A stretch of 63,531 nucleotides of DNA, filler included, from Actinomycetales bacterium (GCA_045807245.1; 6 parts of 6 records of this genome joined end to end with filler, not necessarily neighbours in it); one strand, 5' to 3'; counted from the first letter of the whole stretch, positions 51,328 through 63,531 are shown. A program made the numbers and translations. Notes: a model not told the origin generated them from the letters alone.

Positions 51328-52014
51328 TCAGCGCCGGCCCAGCCCGGCTTCGCGCGCCGCCACGATGGCCTCGGACCGGCTGGCCACGCGGAGCTTGGCG
51401 AAGATCGCGGAGATGTGGTTGCTCACCGTCTTCGCGGCCAGGCCGAGCGAGGCGGCGATGTCGGAGTTGCTGAGACCGGCGGCGATCCGGTCGAGGATCT
51501 CGGTCTCGCGTCGGGTGAGGTCAGGGAACGGCGCGGGGTGGGTGGTCGCCGTACCGTCACCGTGCAGGCGGTCGACCAGCTGCGCCGCAACGGGTCTGCC
51601 CAACACAGTGTCGCCTGCCGCGACGGCGCGGATGGCGCGGACGATCTCGTCCTGGTCGGCGCCCTTGAGCAGGTAGCCCTTGGCGCCCGCGCGCAGAGCC
51701 ATGACGACCGACTGCGCGTCCTCGAACATGGTGAGGACGAGGACGGCGGCGGAGGGCACGGCGGTGCGGAGGGCCTTGGTCGCCTCGACACCGTCGAGCT
51801 CGGGCATCTGGACGTCCATGACGACGACGTCCGGGTGGGTGAGCTGGGCCTCCTTGACGGCTTCGCTGCCGTTGCCGGCCTCACCGACGACGTCGATGCC
51901 GGGAAGGGTCGAGAGCAGCGCGGCGAGCCCCCGCCGTACGACCGGGTGGTCGTCGACCAGGAGCACCTTGATGGGTGCTGTGTCGTCGGCGTCTCCGGCG
52001 GGCGCGCTGCTCAC
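51328..52014 (-). CDS. NarL/LuxR-family response regulator
   Basis: LVDDHP, MDVQMP, LTRRETEIL, KTVSNH. Confidence 0.93.
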   Translation of the reverse strand: MSSAPAGDADDTAPIKVLLVDDHPVVRRGLAALLSTLPGIDVVGEAGNGSEAVKEAQLTHPDVVVMDVQMPELDGVEATKALRTAVPSAAVLVLTMFEDAQSVVMALRAGAKGYLLKGADQDEIVRAIRAVAAGDTVLGRPVAAQLVDRLHGDGTATTHPAPFPDLTRRETEILDRIAAGLSNSDIAASLGLAAKTVSNHISAIFAKLRVASRSEAIVAAREAGLGRR

Positions 52015-52184
52015 GTGGTCGATGATCCCCTGCGGGGCGTGGGCGCGGGTAGGGGCAGAACCCCAGGACGCCCGGGTGCCTTCCCGGGCAGAATCCCGGA
52101 GCAAGGGGAGTGTGGCCCGATGCCGGGCGGTGCCGGGACGCGAAGAGTCGGCGACATCCGAACCACCCGCCCTGCAAGGGAGTC

Positions 52185-52616
52185 ATGATGAAGAGCTCGG
52201 TTTCGCTCACCAACAAGATCGGTCTCGTCCTCGCCGCCATCCTCGGCGCGGCAGATATCGCAAGCCTCGGCACACTCGGGCAGCAGCTCGAGCCTGGTCA
52301 GGACGGACCGCCGGCCGGAGTCACCATCTTCAGCGCGCTGCTCGGGTTGGTCACGCTGGTCGGCGTCGTCATCGCCTGGCGGTCGGGCTCCCGGGTCGCG
52401 GTACGCGCGGTCGCCGGCACCCGGATCGTGTCACTGCTGCTCAGCCTGCCGGCGTTCTTCGTGTCCGGTGTGCCGGCCGGGTGGGTCGCGCTCACCGGCA
52501 TCGGGGTCGTCCTGACCGTCGTCGCGCTGGCGTTGGTCCTGCGCAAGCCGGCTGTCGGTGCGGCCGGCGCGTCCGGCTCCGGTGCGGACGTCACGCGGGC
52601 GGGTGCGGCGCGATGA
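52185..52616 (+). CDS. Hypothetical 4-TM membrane protein
   Basis: AAGGGAG RBS; four hydrophobic segments; divergent from the two-component pair. Confidence 0.75.
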   Translation: MMKSSVSLTNKIGLVLAAILGAADIASLGTLGQQLEPGQDGPPAGVTIFSALLGLVTLVGVVIAWRSGSRVAVRAVAGTRIVSLLLSLPAFFVSGVPAGWVALTGIGVVLTVVALALVLRKPAVGAAGASGSGADVTRAGAAR

Positions 52617-52936
52617 TCGCCGTCGTGACGATCCTGACCGCGTTTCCGCTCGGGTTCCTGCTCCGGAGCCGGACGTCAGCGGTCGTCGCGTACGTCGCGG
52701 TGTACTCGTGGGCGTTCACCTTCCAGGGCATCTACCTGATGCTCTCGTCGCTGAACCATGAGGCGAACCCCGCCTTCGAGGTCGGTCACTTCCCGCTCTC
52801 GTACGGCGTGGTGACGGCCACGATCTTCGCGGTCGGGAACGGGCTGGTGTTCCTGGGCCATCGCGTGGGTGGCCGACGTCGGCTGGCTCGGGCTGCGGCT
52901 GCTAGCTCTCCCGCTGCCACGCCGGTGGCCGCTTGA
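52613..52936 (+). CDS. Hypothetical 3-TM membrane protein
   Basis: ATGA coupling; MIAVVTILTAFPLGFLL...WAFTFQ. Confidence 0.7.
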   Translation: MIAVVTILTAFPLGFLLRSRTSAVVAYVAVYSWAFTFQGIYLMLSSLNHEANPAFEVGHFPLSYGVVTATIFAVGNGLVFLGHRVGGRRRLARAAAASSPAATPVAA

Positions 52937-52955
52937 GTCGGCCGGTCGAGGTGAT

Positions 52956-52999
52956 TTGCCCGGACCGGACTCAGCCACGTAACCTGGCTGAGTCCGGTC
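52956..52999 (+). promoter_or_regulatory. tRNA promoter embedded in a 15-bp perfect inverted repeat
   Basis: TTGCCC-18 bp-TAACCT; arms GACCGGACTCAGCCA / TGGCTGAGTCCGGTC. Confidence 0.55.
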
Positions 53000-53026
53000 G
53001 GCGCGCCCGCTGACAGGACCACCCGA

Positions 53027-53100
53027 CGCGGGGTGGAGCAGCTCGGTAGCTCGCTGGGCTCATAACCCAGAGGTCGCAGGTTCAAATCCTGCCCCCGCTA
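53027..53100 (+). tRNA. Initiator tRNA-fMet (CAT)
   Basis: Unpaired C1, anticodon stem CTGGG-CTCATAA-CCCAG with three G-C pairs, GGTTCAAATCC T-arm; CCA not encoded. Confidence 0.97.
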
Positions 53101-53230
53101 CAACGCATTTCAGCAGGTCAGAGGTCCTCTCGCCGGTTCCGGCAATAGGGCCTCAATCTTTCCAGGGTGGCAACACGGGACGAGTACCTCGACCGGCTCT
53201 CCGCGATCCACTGACTCACCTGCGGTGCGG

Positions 53231-53644
53231 TCAGTGCAGCCAAGGGGCAAAGGAGATGCCGACGACCAGGCCTTCCAGCGACTGAAGCCGTGCGACGGTC
53301 TGACCCCACGGCTCGGTGCGTGCCTGGTGGAGCAGGTCGAATCCCGCGTCGGTGAGCTCGCTTGCCGCAGTGGACACCGCCGCCTCGTCGTTCACCTCGA
53401 ATTCGATGCTCGCCTGGGGGACGCGGCGGCCGGCGGGCCACTCCGCGGCGCCGAAGCACGCCTCGGCTGCCTGGTGGAGAGGCCACACCCCGAAGTGGCG
53501 GCTCCCTCGGACGCTTTCGGAGTGCCGGTAGTCGTCACCCTCGCTGGCCTCGAGCGGCAGGCCGAGGACATCGACGTACAACCGGGCGCTGGCCTCCGGA
53601 TCGGGCGAGATAACGGCGATGCTGGCGATGAACTCGATCTTCAT
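53231..53644 (-). CDS. VOC/glyoxalase family protein
   Basis: LYVDVLGLPL, QASIEFEV, EPWGQTVARL. Confidence 0.85.
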   Translation of the reverse strand: MKIEFIASIAVISPDPEASARLYVDVLGLPLEASEGDDYRHSESVRGSRHFGVWPLHQAAEACFGAAEWPAGRRVPQASIEFEVNDEAAVSTAASELTDAGFDLLHQARTEPWGQTVARLQSLEGLVVGISFAPWLH

Positions 53645-53691
53645 CCCAGCAACCTGTCACCGGGGACGAGCCGGCGTCTTGGAAGGAACGG

Positions 53692-54235
53692 TCATCCGAG
53701 CAGCTGGCGCGGCGTGGCGCCGGCGAGATCCGAGACATCGTTCGCGAGATGGGCCTCGTCGAAATAGCCATGCTCGACCGCCGCCCGAGCCCAACTCTCA
53801 CCACGCCAGGCGCTGAGCACCCGCTGCATCCGCCCGATGCGCATCAGCCGCTTGGGGGAGTGGCCGGTGGCCGTGACCACCCGGCGGCGCAGCTGACGGT
53901 CGCTGTAGCCCACCTCGCGCGCCAGTGTCCGGACGTTCCAGGCCCGGTACGCCGCGCCGGCGAGCGGGTCGGGGAAGTTTGCTTCTCGGCTGAGTTCGAG
54001 CAGGGAGCGGTAGTCGCGGCGTACGTCGCTGATGGGTACCCGCTGGTTGACGAGTTCGGACGCCGGGACTCCGAACAGAGCAGGGAAGCCGCCCGGGTGG
54101 AAGCGCACGCCGCGGGTCACCTCACCTGGCTGCAGGTGTCCCACCAAGACTGTGGTGAGCGAGCCCACGACGTCGTCGCCGATCAGGTCCATGCACCCGT
54201 CAGGCAGAACCCGGAGGTCGTACGCGACGCTAGAC
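53692..54235 (-). CDS. AraC-family regulator (5' cut by gap)
   Basis: VLPDGCMDL, GVRFHPG, SDRQLRRR, GYFDEAHL. Confidence 0.85.
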
Positions 54236-54335
54236 NNNNNNNNNNNNNNNNNNNNNNNNNNNNNNNNNNNNNNNNNNNNTTAATTAATTAANNNNNNNNN
54301 NNNNNNNNNNNNNNNNNNNNNNNNNNNNNNNNNNN
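54236..54335. other. Artificial contig linker
   Basis: N-run + TTAATTAATTAA. Confidence 0.97.
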
Positions 54336-54667
54336 CGCGACTCGAGCTCGGTGAGCGCAGGCAGCTCGTCCTCGCTCCTCGTCACGACCAGCTTGCCGCA
54401 GCGACGGACCGGTACGCCGTACTCGTCACAGAACGCGTGCAGCAGCTGGTTCCCCTGACGGGTGAGCCGGGCCTTGAGCGTGTCCGGTGAGTAGTAGAAG
54501 CCGGCGTGCAGCACGCCGGAGTTGCGCCCCGAGGCATGGGCACCCAGCCGAGCCTCCTTGTCGAAGACGACGACCGACGAGCCGGGCCGATGGGCCAGGA
54601 CGGCGTCGGCCAGCGCGACACCGACGATCCCGCCGCCGATGACGGCGACATCGGCGGTCCGGGTCAT
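54336..54667 (-). CDS. L-2-hydroxyglutarate oxidase-like FAD oxidoreductase (3' cut by gap)
   Basis: VIGGGIVG, HASGRNSGVLHAGFYY, CGKLVV. Confidence 0.85.
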
Positions 54668-54758
54668 CGGGCCAGCGTGCCACGCCCCGATGGCCTGGGA
54701 TGCACGACGGCTCGACCAGGGCCACGGTGGGGGGTACCCCGAGAGAGGAGCACGACTG

Positions 54759-55304
54759 ATGACCCTGACCACCGGCACGCGCGTGGCCTTCCTGACGGCG
54801 AACGAGGGCGTCGAGGAGGTCGAGCTCACCACACCGTGGCGGGCGGTGCAGGACGCGGGAGGCACTCCCGTCCTGCTGTCCGTCGACAAGGGCACCGTGC
54901 AGGCGTTCAACCATCTGGACAAGGCCGAGTCGTACGACGTGGACGTCAGCGTCGCGGACGCCAACGTCGACGACTACGCGGCGCTGGTCCTGCCCGGAGG
55001 CGTCGCCAACCCCGACAACCTGCGCACCCACGAGGAGGCGGTCGAGTTCGTCCGAACCTTCCTCGAGACCGGCAAGCCCGTCGCCGCGATCTGCCACGCC
55101 CCGTGGACGCTGGTCGAGGCCGACGTCGTCGGCGGTCGCACCCTTACGTCATGGCCGAGCCTCGCGACGGACCTGCGCAACGCCGGGGCCACCTGGGTCG
55201 ACCAGGCGGTCGTCGTCGACGAGGAGGGCCCCGGTCCGCTCATCACGAGCCGCAAGCCGGACGACCTCGAAGCGTTCAGCGCCGCATTGCTCGAACGGGT
55301 CTGA
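54759..55304 (+). CDS. PfpI/DJ-1 family protein
   Basis: GVEEVEL, LPGGVANPD, AICHAPW, TSRKPDD. Confidence 0.93.
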   Translation: MTLTTGTRVAFLTANEGVEEVELTTPWRAVQDAGGTPVLLSVDKGTVQAFNHLDKAESYDVDVSVADANVDDYAALVLPGGVANPDNLRTHEEAVEFVRTFLETGKPVAAICHAPWTLVEADVVGGRTLTSWPSLATDLRNAGATWVDQAVVVDEEGPGPLITSRKPDDLEAFSAALLERV

Positions 55305-55316
55305 GCGGCCCCGGGA

Positions 55317-55580
55317 GTGGATCTGCACATCAGGGCGCGGCACACGACGACCCGACTGATCCCAGGCCAGACCCTGGGCAGATCCGCCCCCCGGTACCTG
55401 AGCGTCGTGGCTCCCGCCCGCGACGGCGACGCGCATCTGGTGGACGAGGCCCTGCAGACGCTGTGCGGCCAGGACGCCAGTCACTGGAAGCGGGTCACGA
55501 GCCACAGGTGGATCCGGCTGGGCGCCTTCCGCTGCCCGTCGTGCGACCAGGCGGCCCGGTGCCGGGCCCCCGCCACCTGA
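55317..55580 (+). CDS. Small hypothetical protein, possible His/Cys zinc finger
   Basis: AHLV...TLCG...CPSC; fills the gap between PfpI and fhs. Confidence 0.5.
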   Translation: MDLHIRARHTTTRLIPGQTLGRSAPRYLSVVAPARDGDAHLVDEALQTLCGQDASHWKRVTSHRWIRLGAFRCPSCDQAARCRAPAT

Positions 55581-55583
55581 CCG

Positions 55584-57263
55584 TCAGGACAGGCCCACGA
55601 CCTCGCCGTTGTCGTCGATGTCGATCCGCTCCGCGGCGGGCACCCGCGGCAGGCCCGGCATCGTCATGATGTCGCCACAGACGAGGACGACGAAACCCGC
55701 GCCGGCGGACAGCCGGACCTCGCGGACGTTGACGGTGTGCCCGGAGGGCGCGCCGCGGGAGCCGGCGTCGGTCGAGAACGAGTACTGGGTCTTGGCCACG
55801 CAGATCGGCAGATGTCCGAAGCCGTCCGCCTCGATCCGGTCCAGACGCTTCTTCGCCTTGGCGTCCCACGTGACTCCCGACGCGCCGTACAGCTTCGTGA
55901 CCAGGGTCTCCATCTTCTCGGCCAGCGGCATATCGTCGGGGTAGGTGAACGAGAAGCTGTACGGCGACGGCTCCTCGAGCAGCTCCAGCACCCCCTTCGC
56001 CAGCTCCTCCGCACCCGCCCCGCCGTCGACGAAATGCGTTGCGGGGAAAGCCATCACGCCCTCGGCTCCGATCAGCTCGACCAGGCGCGAGATCTCGGCG
56101 TCGGTGTCGGTCGGGAACCGGTTGATCGCTACAACGCACGGCACGCCGTACGCATGGCGCACGTTGTCGAGGTGACGCCTGAGGTTCGCCATGCCGCGTT
56201 CGAGCGCCCCGATGTCCTCCGTGCCCACGTCGGCCACGGCGACGCCGCCGTGGTACTTGAGCGCGCGCACGGTGGCGACCACCACAGCGGCGTCCGGGCG
56301 GAGCCCCGACTTACGGCACTTGATGTCGACGAACTTCTCCGCACCCAGGTCAGCGCCGAAACCGGCCTCCGTGACGACGTAGTCGGCCATGCGGAGCGCC
56401 GCCCGCGTCGCGATCACCGAGCTGCAGCCGTGCGCGATGTTGGCGAACGGGCCACCGTGGATGAATGCCGGCGTGCCCTCCAGGGTCTGCACCAGGTTCG
56501 GCGCCAGGGCGTCCTTCAGCAGGACGGTCATCGCGCCGTCCGCTCCGAGGTCGCGGGCTGTGACTGCCACGCCCGCGCGGGTGTAACCGACGACGATGTC
56601 GCCGATCCGTTTCTTCAGGTCGGCCCAGGACTCGGTGAGGCAGAAGATGGCCATCAGCTCGGAGGCGACCACGATGTCGAAGCCGTCCTGACGGCTGAAC
56701 CCGTTCGCCACCCCACCGAGGCCGACGACGATGTCACGCAGCGCCCGGTCGTTGAGGTCGACGACCCGCTTCCAGGTGACCGTGCGGACGTCGATGGCGA
56801 GCTCGTTGCCGTAGTGGACGTGGTTGTCGATCATGGCCGCGAGCAGGTTGTTGGCGGCCGCGATGGCCGCGAAGTCCCCGGTGAAGTGCAGGTTGATGTC
56901 GGTCATCGGGACGACCTGGCTGTAGCCACCGCCGGCCGCGCCGCCCTTCATCCCGAACACCGGACCCATCGACGGCTCGCGCAGGCAGGCCATGGAACGG
57001 TGCCCGAGCCGGTGCAGCGCGTCGGTCAGGCCCACGGTCGTCGTCGTCTTCCCCTCGCCGGCCGGCGTCGGCGAGAGCGCCGTCATCAGGACCAGCTTGC
57101 CCATCGAGCGGTCCTGCAGGGAGTCGAGATAGCCCAGGTCGACCTTGGCCTTGTAGTGGCCGAAGGGCACCAGGTGCTCGTCGTCGATCCCGAGCTGCTC
57201 CTTGGCAATCTCGGTGACCCGCTGCATCTGGGCGGCGTTGGCGATCTCGATGTCGGACAGCAC
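55584..57263 (-). CDS. fhs: Formate--tetrahydrofolate ligase
   Basis: [45 protein letters not shown]. Confidence 0.97.
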   Translation of the reverse strand: MLSDIEIANAAQMQRVTEIAKEQLGIDDEHLVPFGHYKAKVDLGYLDSLQDRSMGKLVLMTALSPTPAGEGKTTTTVGLTDALHRLGHRSMACLREPSMGPVFGMKGGAAGGGYSQVVPMTDINLHFTGDFAAIAAANNLLAAMIDNHVHYGNELAIDVRTVTWKRVVDLNDRALRDIVVGLGGVANGFSRQDGFDIVVASELMAIFCLTESWADLKKRIGDIVVGYTRAGVAVTARDLGADGAMTVLLKDALAPNLVQTLEGTPAFIHGGPFANIAHGCSSVIATRAALRMADYVVTEAGFGADLGAEKFVDIKCRKSGLRPDAAVVVATVRALKYHGGVAVADVGTEDIGALERGMANLRRHLDNVRHAYGVPCVVAINRFPTDTDAEISRLVELIGAEGVMAFPATHFVDGGAGAEELAKGVLELLEEPSPYSFSFTYPDDMPLAEKMETLVTKLYGASGVTWDAKAKKRLDRIEADGFGHLPICVAKTQYSFSTDAGSRGAPSGHTVNVREVRLSAGAGFVVLVCGDIMTMPGLPRVPAAERIDIDDNGEVVGLS

Positions 57264-57428
57264 GTGGTGACCCCTCCGTGGATGAAGTTGCGGGTGACGC
57301 AACGCTGAGCGCGAAACGGAACAGTTCAGCCGAGGCTACGAAGCCGGCCGACTCCTGTCCAGCGGTTCAGCGGTTCAGCGTCTCCGCACTGGTTGACAGC
57401 GCGGCGACCCGGGCGATACCCCGGCCGC

Positions 57429-58244
57429 ATGAGTGACGCCCCGCGGTACGACGAGGTGACCGCCCGGCAGCAGGCGGCCTGGACCCGGGGTGACTTCCAC
57501 CGGATCGGCGTCTCCCAGGTCATCGTCGGCGAGCTGCTGGTGCGCGACCTGAAGGTGCACTCGGGCGAGCGGGTGCTCGACGTCGCCGCCGGCTCGGGCA
57601 ACGCCGCGCTGGCGGCCGCCCGCCGGCAGGCCGACGTCACGTGCACCGACTACGTGCCGGCACTCCTGGACCACGCGCGCGCCCGGGCCGAGGCCGAGGG
57701 ACTGCCGATGCGGGTGGAGGTGGCGGACGCACAACGGCTGCCCTACCCGGACCACGCCTTCGACGTCGTCGTGTCGACGTTCGGCGCGATGTTCGCCCCG
57801 GACCAAGAGGCCACCGCCGCCGAGCTCACCCGCGTGCTGCGCCCGGGCGGGCGGCTGGGCCTCGCGTCCTGGACTCCGGAGAGCTGGGTGGGTGAGCAGT
57901 TCGCCCTGCAGGCGCGCTACCGGCCTGCACCCACCGGCCTTCGACCACCGACCCGCTGGGGCACTGCGGCCGGGACCCGGGAGCTGTTCGGGGACCGGCT
58001 CTCCGACGTCCGGCTCACGACGATGGCCTTCGACTTCGTCCTGCCCAGTACGACCGCGCTCTTCGAGCTGTTCCGGGACTGGTTCGGCCCGGTGGCGACC
58101 GTGCTCGACGCCGTGGACGAGCAGCAGGCGGCGGCCTTCACCCGGGACTGGATGGCGCTGTCCGACCGGCACAACGTCGCCCGCGACGGCACCTGCGACG
58201 TTCCGTCGCCGTACCTTCAGCTCGTGGCCGCCAGGGCGGACTAG
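57429..58244 (+). CDS. Class I SAM-dependent methyltransferase
   Basis: VLDVAAGSGNA, FDVVVSTFGAMF, LRPGG. Confidence 0.92.
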   Translation: MSDAPRYDEVTARQQAAWTRGDFHRIGVSQVIVGELLVRDLKVHSGERVLDVAAGSGNAALAAARRQADVTCTDYVPALLDHARARAEAEGLPMRVEVADAQRLPYPDHAFDVVVSTFGAMFAPDQEATAAELTRVLRPGGRLGLASWTPESWVGEQFALQARYRPAPTGLRPPTRWGTAAGTRELFGDRLSDVRLTTMAFDFVLPSTTALFELFRDWFGPVATVLDAVDEQQAAAFTRDWMALSDRHNVARDGTCDVPSPYLQLVAARAD

Positions 58245-59458
58245 CGGCGCGGCAGGACCACCCGGACGCCGGAGCGGTCGTCGTCCCGATAGGCCTCCAC
58301 CTGCCCGCCGAGCGCGTCGGTGATCGCCTTGACGATGGCCAGGCCGAGGCCGGCACCGGGCGCACCGCTCACGGGCGCGCGCCGGAACGGCTCGAAAGCG
58401 TTGTGTTGCAACGACCCCGGCAGCCCGTCGCCCTGGTCCGCGACGTCCAACCGCAAGGCGTCTTCACCGACGCTCACCCGAACGCTGACGGTGCCCCGGC
58501 CATGCTTCACGGCGTTGTCGACCAGGTTGACCAGGATCTGCCGCACCCGTTCGGGATCCAGGTCGACGACGGCGTCGTCGGCCCGCACGTCCAGCGTGCG
58601 TCCGGAGGCCGCATCGCGCAGTCCGTCCATCGCAGACTCGACCAGCGCACGCAGTGCGGTCGGCTGCGGGCGCAACGGGACTGCGCCCTGGCGCTGGCGG
58701 GCGAGCACGAGCAGGTCCTCGGTCAGCCGGACCAGCCGGTCGGTCTCCCGGGATGCGGCCTCGACGGTCCGGCGCAGCTCGGCCGCATCGCGTGGGCGGG
58801 ACAGCGCGAGGTCGAGCTCGGCCTTCACGACCGACAACGGGGTTCGCAGCTCGTGGCTGGCATCGTCCACCAATCGGCGCTCTCGCCGTACAGCCGCCTC
58901 GACCGGAGCGAGCGCGGCACCGGCGAGCAGCCAGGCGCCCCAAGACGCAAGCGCCGTGGCGGCGAACCCGACGACGACGAGTGCGCCGAGCAGCTGGGCC
59001 AGCGCGTCGCCGCGGTCGCCCAGCGTCGCGCCGACGACGACCACACGCGGGCCGGCCGGCGCCGTCGCCGGTACGGCGAGCAGCCGCTGCGGGTCGAGAT
59101 CGGCCGTCGAGGGCCGGGTCACGAACCGTGGGGCCACGAGGGTGCGCAGCTCGCCCGGGCTGAGCAGAGCCAGGGAGGGCAGGCCGGGTGTCGCGTCGAC
59201 CACGTGACCCGATGGGTCCAGAACCTGGGCGAATGCCTCGTCCGGGTCGGCGAACCGGTGGGTGCCGGCCAGCAGCGCCTGAGGGTCGCGCGCCAGGGTG
59301 CCGACCAGCGCGTCCGACCGGGCACCGAGGTCTCGGTCGACCGCCGCGAGCAGCTCCTTGCTCACCCGCAGGTAGACGAACCCGCCGCATGCCAGCAGCA
59401 CCGCCGCCATCGCCACCGCGAAGGTGACCGTGAGCTTGAGCCGCTCAGCGCGCAGCAC
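58241..59458 (-). CDS. HisKA sensor histidine kinase (HAMP apparently absent)
   Basis: ASHELRTPL, NLVDNA, DQGDG, GLGLAIV. Confidence 0.9.
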   Translation of the reverse strand: MLRAERLKLTVTFAVAMAAVLLACGGFVYLRVSKELLAAVDRDLGARSDALVGTLARDPQALLAGTHRFADPDEAFAQVLDPSGHVVDATPGLPSLALLSPGELRTLVAPRFVTRPSTADLDPQRLLAVPATAPAGPRVVVVGATLGDRGDALAQLLGALVVVGFAATALASWGAWLLAGAALAPVEAAVRRERRLVDDASHELRTPLSVVKAELDLALSRPRDAAELRRTVEAASRETDRLVRLTEDLLVLARQRQGAVPLRPQPTALRALVESAMDGLRDAASGRTLDVRADDAVVDLDPERVRQILVNLVDNAVKHGRGTVSVRVSVGEDALRLDVADQGDGLPGSLQHNAFEPFRRAPVSGAPGAGLGLAIVKAITDALGGQVEAYRDDDRSGVRVVLPRR

Positions 59459-60128
59459 GGTCGTCCGCCAGCAGGTAACCGGCCCCACGGACGGTCCGGA
59501 TGGTGGCGCGTCCGAACGGCCGGTCCACCTTCCCCCGCAGGTAGCCCACGTACACGTCCACGACGTTGGAGTCCTTGTCGAACGCCATGTCCCAGACATG
59601 GTCGATGAGCCGGCTGCGGGAGAGGACCTGCCCGGGATAGCGCATCAAACACTCCAGGAGCGCGAACTCCGTTGCGGTCAGAGGGATATCAACGTCGCCT
59701 CGCCGGACCTGCCGCGTCGCCGGGTCGAGCGCGAGATCACCGACGGCGAGCACGCAGGGACGCTCACGCGCGCCCCGACGGACCAGAGCGCGGACCCGGG
59801 CCAGCAGCTCGGGGAACGCGAACGGCTTCAGCAGGTAGTCGTCCGCGCCGCCGTCCAACCCGGTCACCCGGTCCGTGACCGTGTCCCGGGCGGTGAGCAC
59901 CAAGACGGGTGCCCACCGCCCATCCGCTCGCAGCCGGGACAGCACGGTCAGACCGTCGAGGTCCGGCAGGCCCAGGTCCAGCACCACGGCGTCGTACTCG
60001 TGCTCGGTCCCGAGCCAGAGAGCCGTGCCGCCGTCGACCGCCGAGTCCACCGCGAAGCCGGCTTCCGCGAGACCGCGGAGGAGGACAGCGGCCAGGCCGG
60101 GATCGTCCTCGACGACAAGTACGCGCAT
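59445..60128 (-). CDS. OmpR/PhoB-family response regulator
   Basis: VVEDD, LDLGLP, GADDYLLKPF, TVRGAGY. Confidence 0.95.
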   Translation of the reverse strand: MRVLVVEDDPGLAAVLLRGLAEAGFAVDSAVDGGTALWLGTEHEYDAVVLDLGLPDLDGLTVLSRLRADGRWAPVLVLTARDTVTDRVTGLDGGADDYLLKPFAFPELLARVRALVRRGARERPCVLAVGDLALDPATRQVRRGDVDIPLTATEFALLECLMRYPGQVLSRSRLIDHVWDMAFDKDSNVVDVYVGYLRGKVDRPFGRATIRTVRGAGYLLADDRAAR

Positions 60129-60177
60129 CCGCTGCACCCCCAGCCGTGTCAGGACAGCCTAGGAGGCCGGGCCGTGC

Positions 60178-60378
60178 TCAAGGCAGGATCTCCACCAGCC
60201 GGGTGATCTCGCGGGGGCCGGACAGCGATCCCTCGAACACGACGCCCACACCAGCGACGTAGTACTTCGCGTCGACGACCCCCGGCTCCAGCGCGGTTCG
60301 CTCCTCGGTCCGCAGAGCGTGGCCGAACGTGCCGAACGGCACCGACACCCGGGTGGACAGGTCGACCACGCGGAACGT
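60178..60378 (-). CDS. C-terminal fragment of a hypothetical protein (5' cut by gap)
   Basis: VPFGTF...LEPGVVDAKYYVAGVG; frame open to the gap. Confidence 0.6.
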   Translation of the reverse strand, partial: TFRVVDLSTRVSVPFGTFGHALRTEERTALEPGVVDAKYYVAGVGVVFEGSLSGPREITRLVEILP

Positions 60379-60478
60379 NNNNNNNNNNNNNNNNNNNNNN
60401 NNNNNNNNNNNNNNNNNNNNNNTTAATTAATTAANNNNNNNNNNNNNNNNNNNNNNNNNNNNNNNNNNNNNNNNNNNN
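60379..60478. other. Artificial contig linker
   Basis: N-run + TTAATTAATTAA. Confidence 0.97.
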
Positions 60479-60598
60479 CAGCCTCGCGGCCGGTCTGCTC
60501 GGTGCCGCCGTCGCTGCCGTGGTCCTGGTGGTCGTCGTCGCGGCCGCCGACCGCGGTGACGCCCGGGCGCTGCTCGCCCGCATCGCGGGGGGCCGGCG

Positions 60599-60602
<4 letters not shown>
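60479..60602 (+). CDS. C-terminus of a membrane protein (possibly MurJ/MviN-like)
   Basis: SLAAGLLGAAVAAVVLVVVVAAAD...RR*; ATGA overlap with the glycosyltransferase; identity from synteny only. Confidence 0.45.

Positions 60603-63531
<2,929 letters not shown>

Noticed and set aside
31933..60478. Five identical TTAATTAATTAA motifs within N-runs
   Set aside because: Artificial six-frame-stop linkers. They are not repeats or att sites, and gene adjacency across them is meaningless.

Overview
High-GC actinobacterial DNA (Actinomycetia-like gene orders), made of six contigs joined by artificial N...TTAATTAATTAA...N linkers (gaps about 31933-32032, 38442-38541, 47720-47819, 54236-54335, 60379-60478), so adjacency across gaps has no biological meaning. 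Contig 1 holds a Flp/Tad pilus locus (cpaE-cpaF-vWA/tadB-tadC) with unusual accessory genes, proS, an allantoin/purine-glyoxylate cluster, and the core rimP-nusA-ylxR-infB-rbfA-truB-ribF-rpsO-pnp region. Contig 2: dnaX end, ybaB, recR, ask, asd, an XRE-like gene, a broken SPFH gene and an S9 peptidase. Contig 3: split LigD/Ku NHEJ genes, a secreted-protein/ABC/membrane cassette, a diguanylate cyclase and partial clpC. Contig 4: UPF0182, a two-component island, initiator tRNA-Met. Contig 5: PfpI, fhs, a methyltransferase, an OmpR-type two-component pair. Contig 6: glycosyltransferase, pyrG, NUDIX. Best leads: (1) a chain of three ATGA-coupled mini-ORFs (MSTR, MSTQQ, MSTPEQ) just upstream of infB; (2) a Tad-linked module with a stand-alone DnaB-like ATPase, a 47-aa membrane peptide, a degenerate kinase and a pseudo-receiver/GAF-like protein; (3) a putative secreted toxin/immunity-like cassette; (4) a 4x11-bp tandem repeat abutting the ask RBS. 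All family calls come from motif recognition by eye; no database searches were run.
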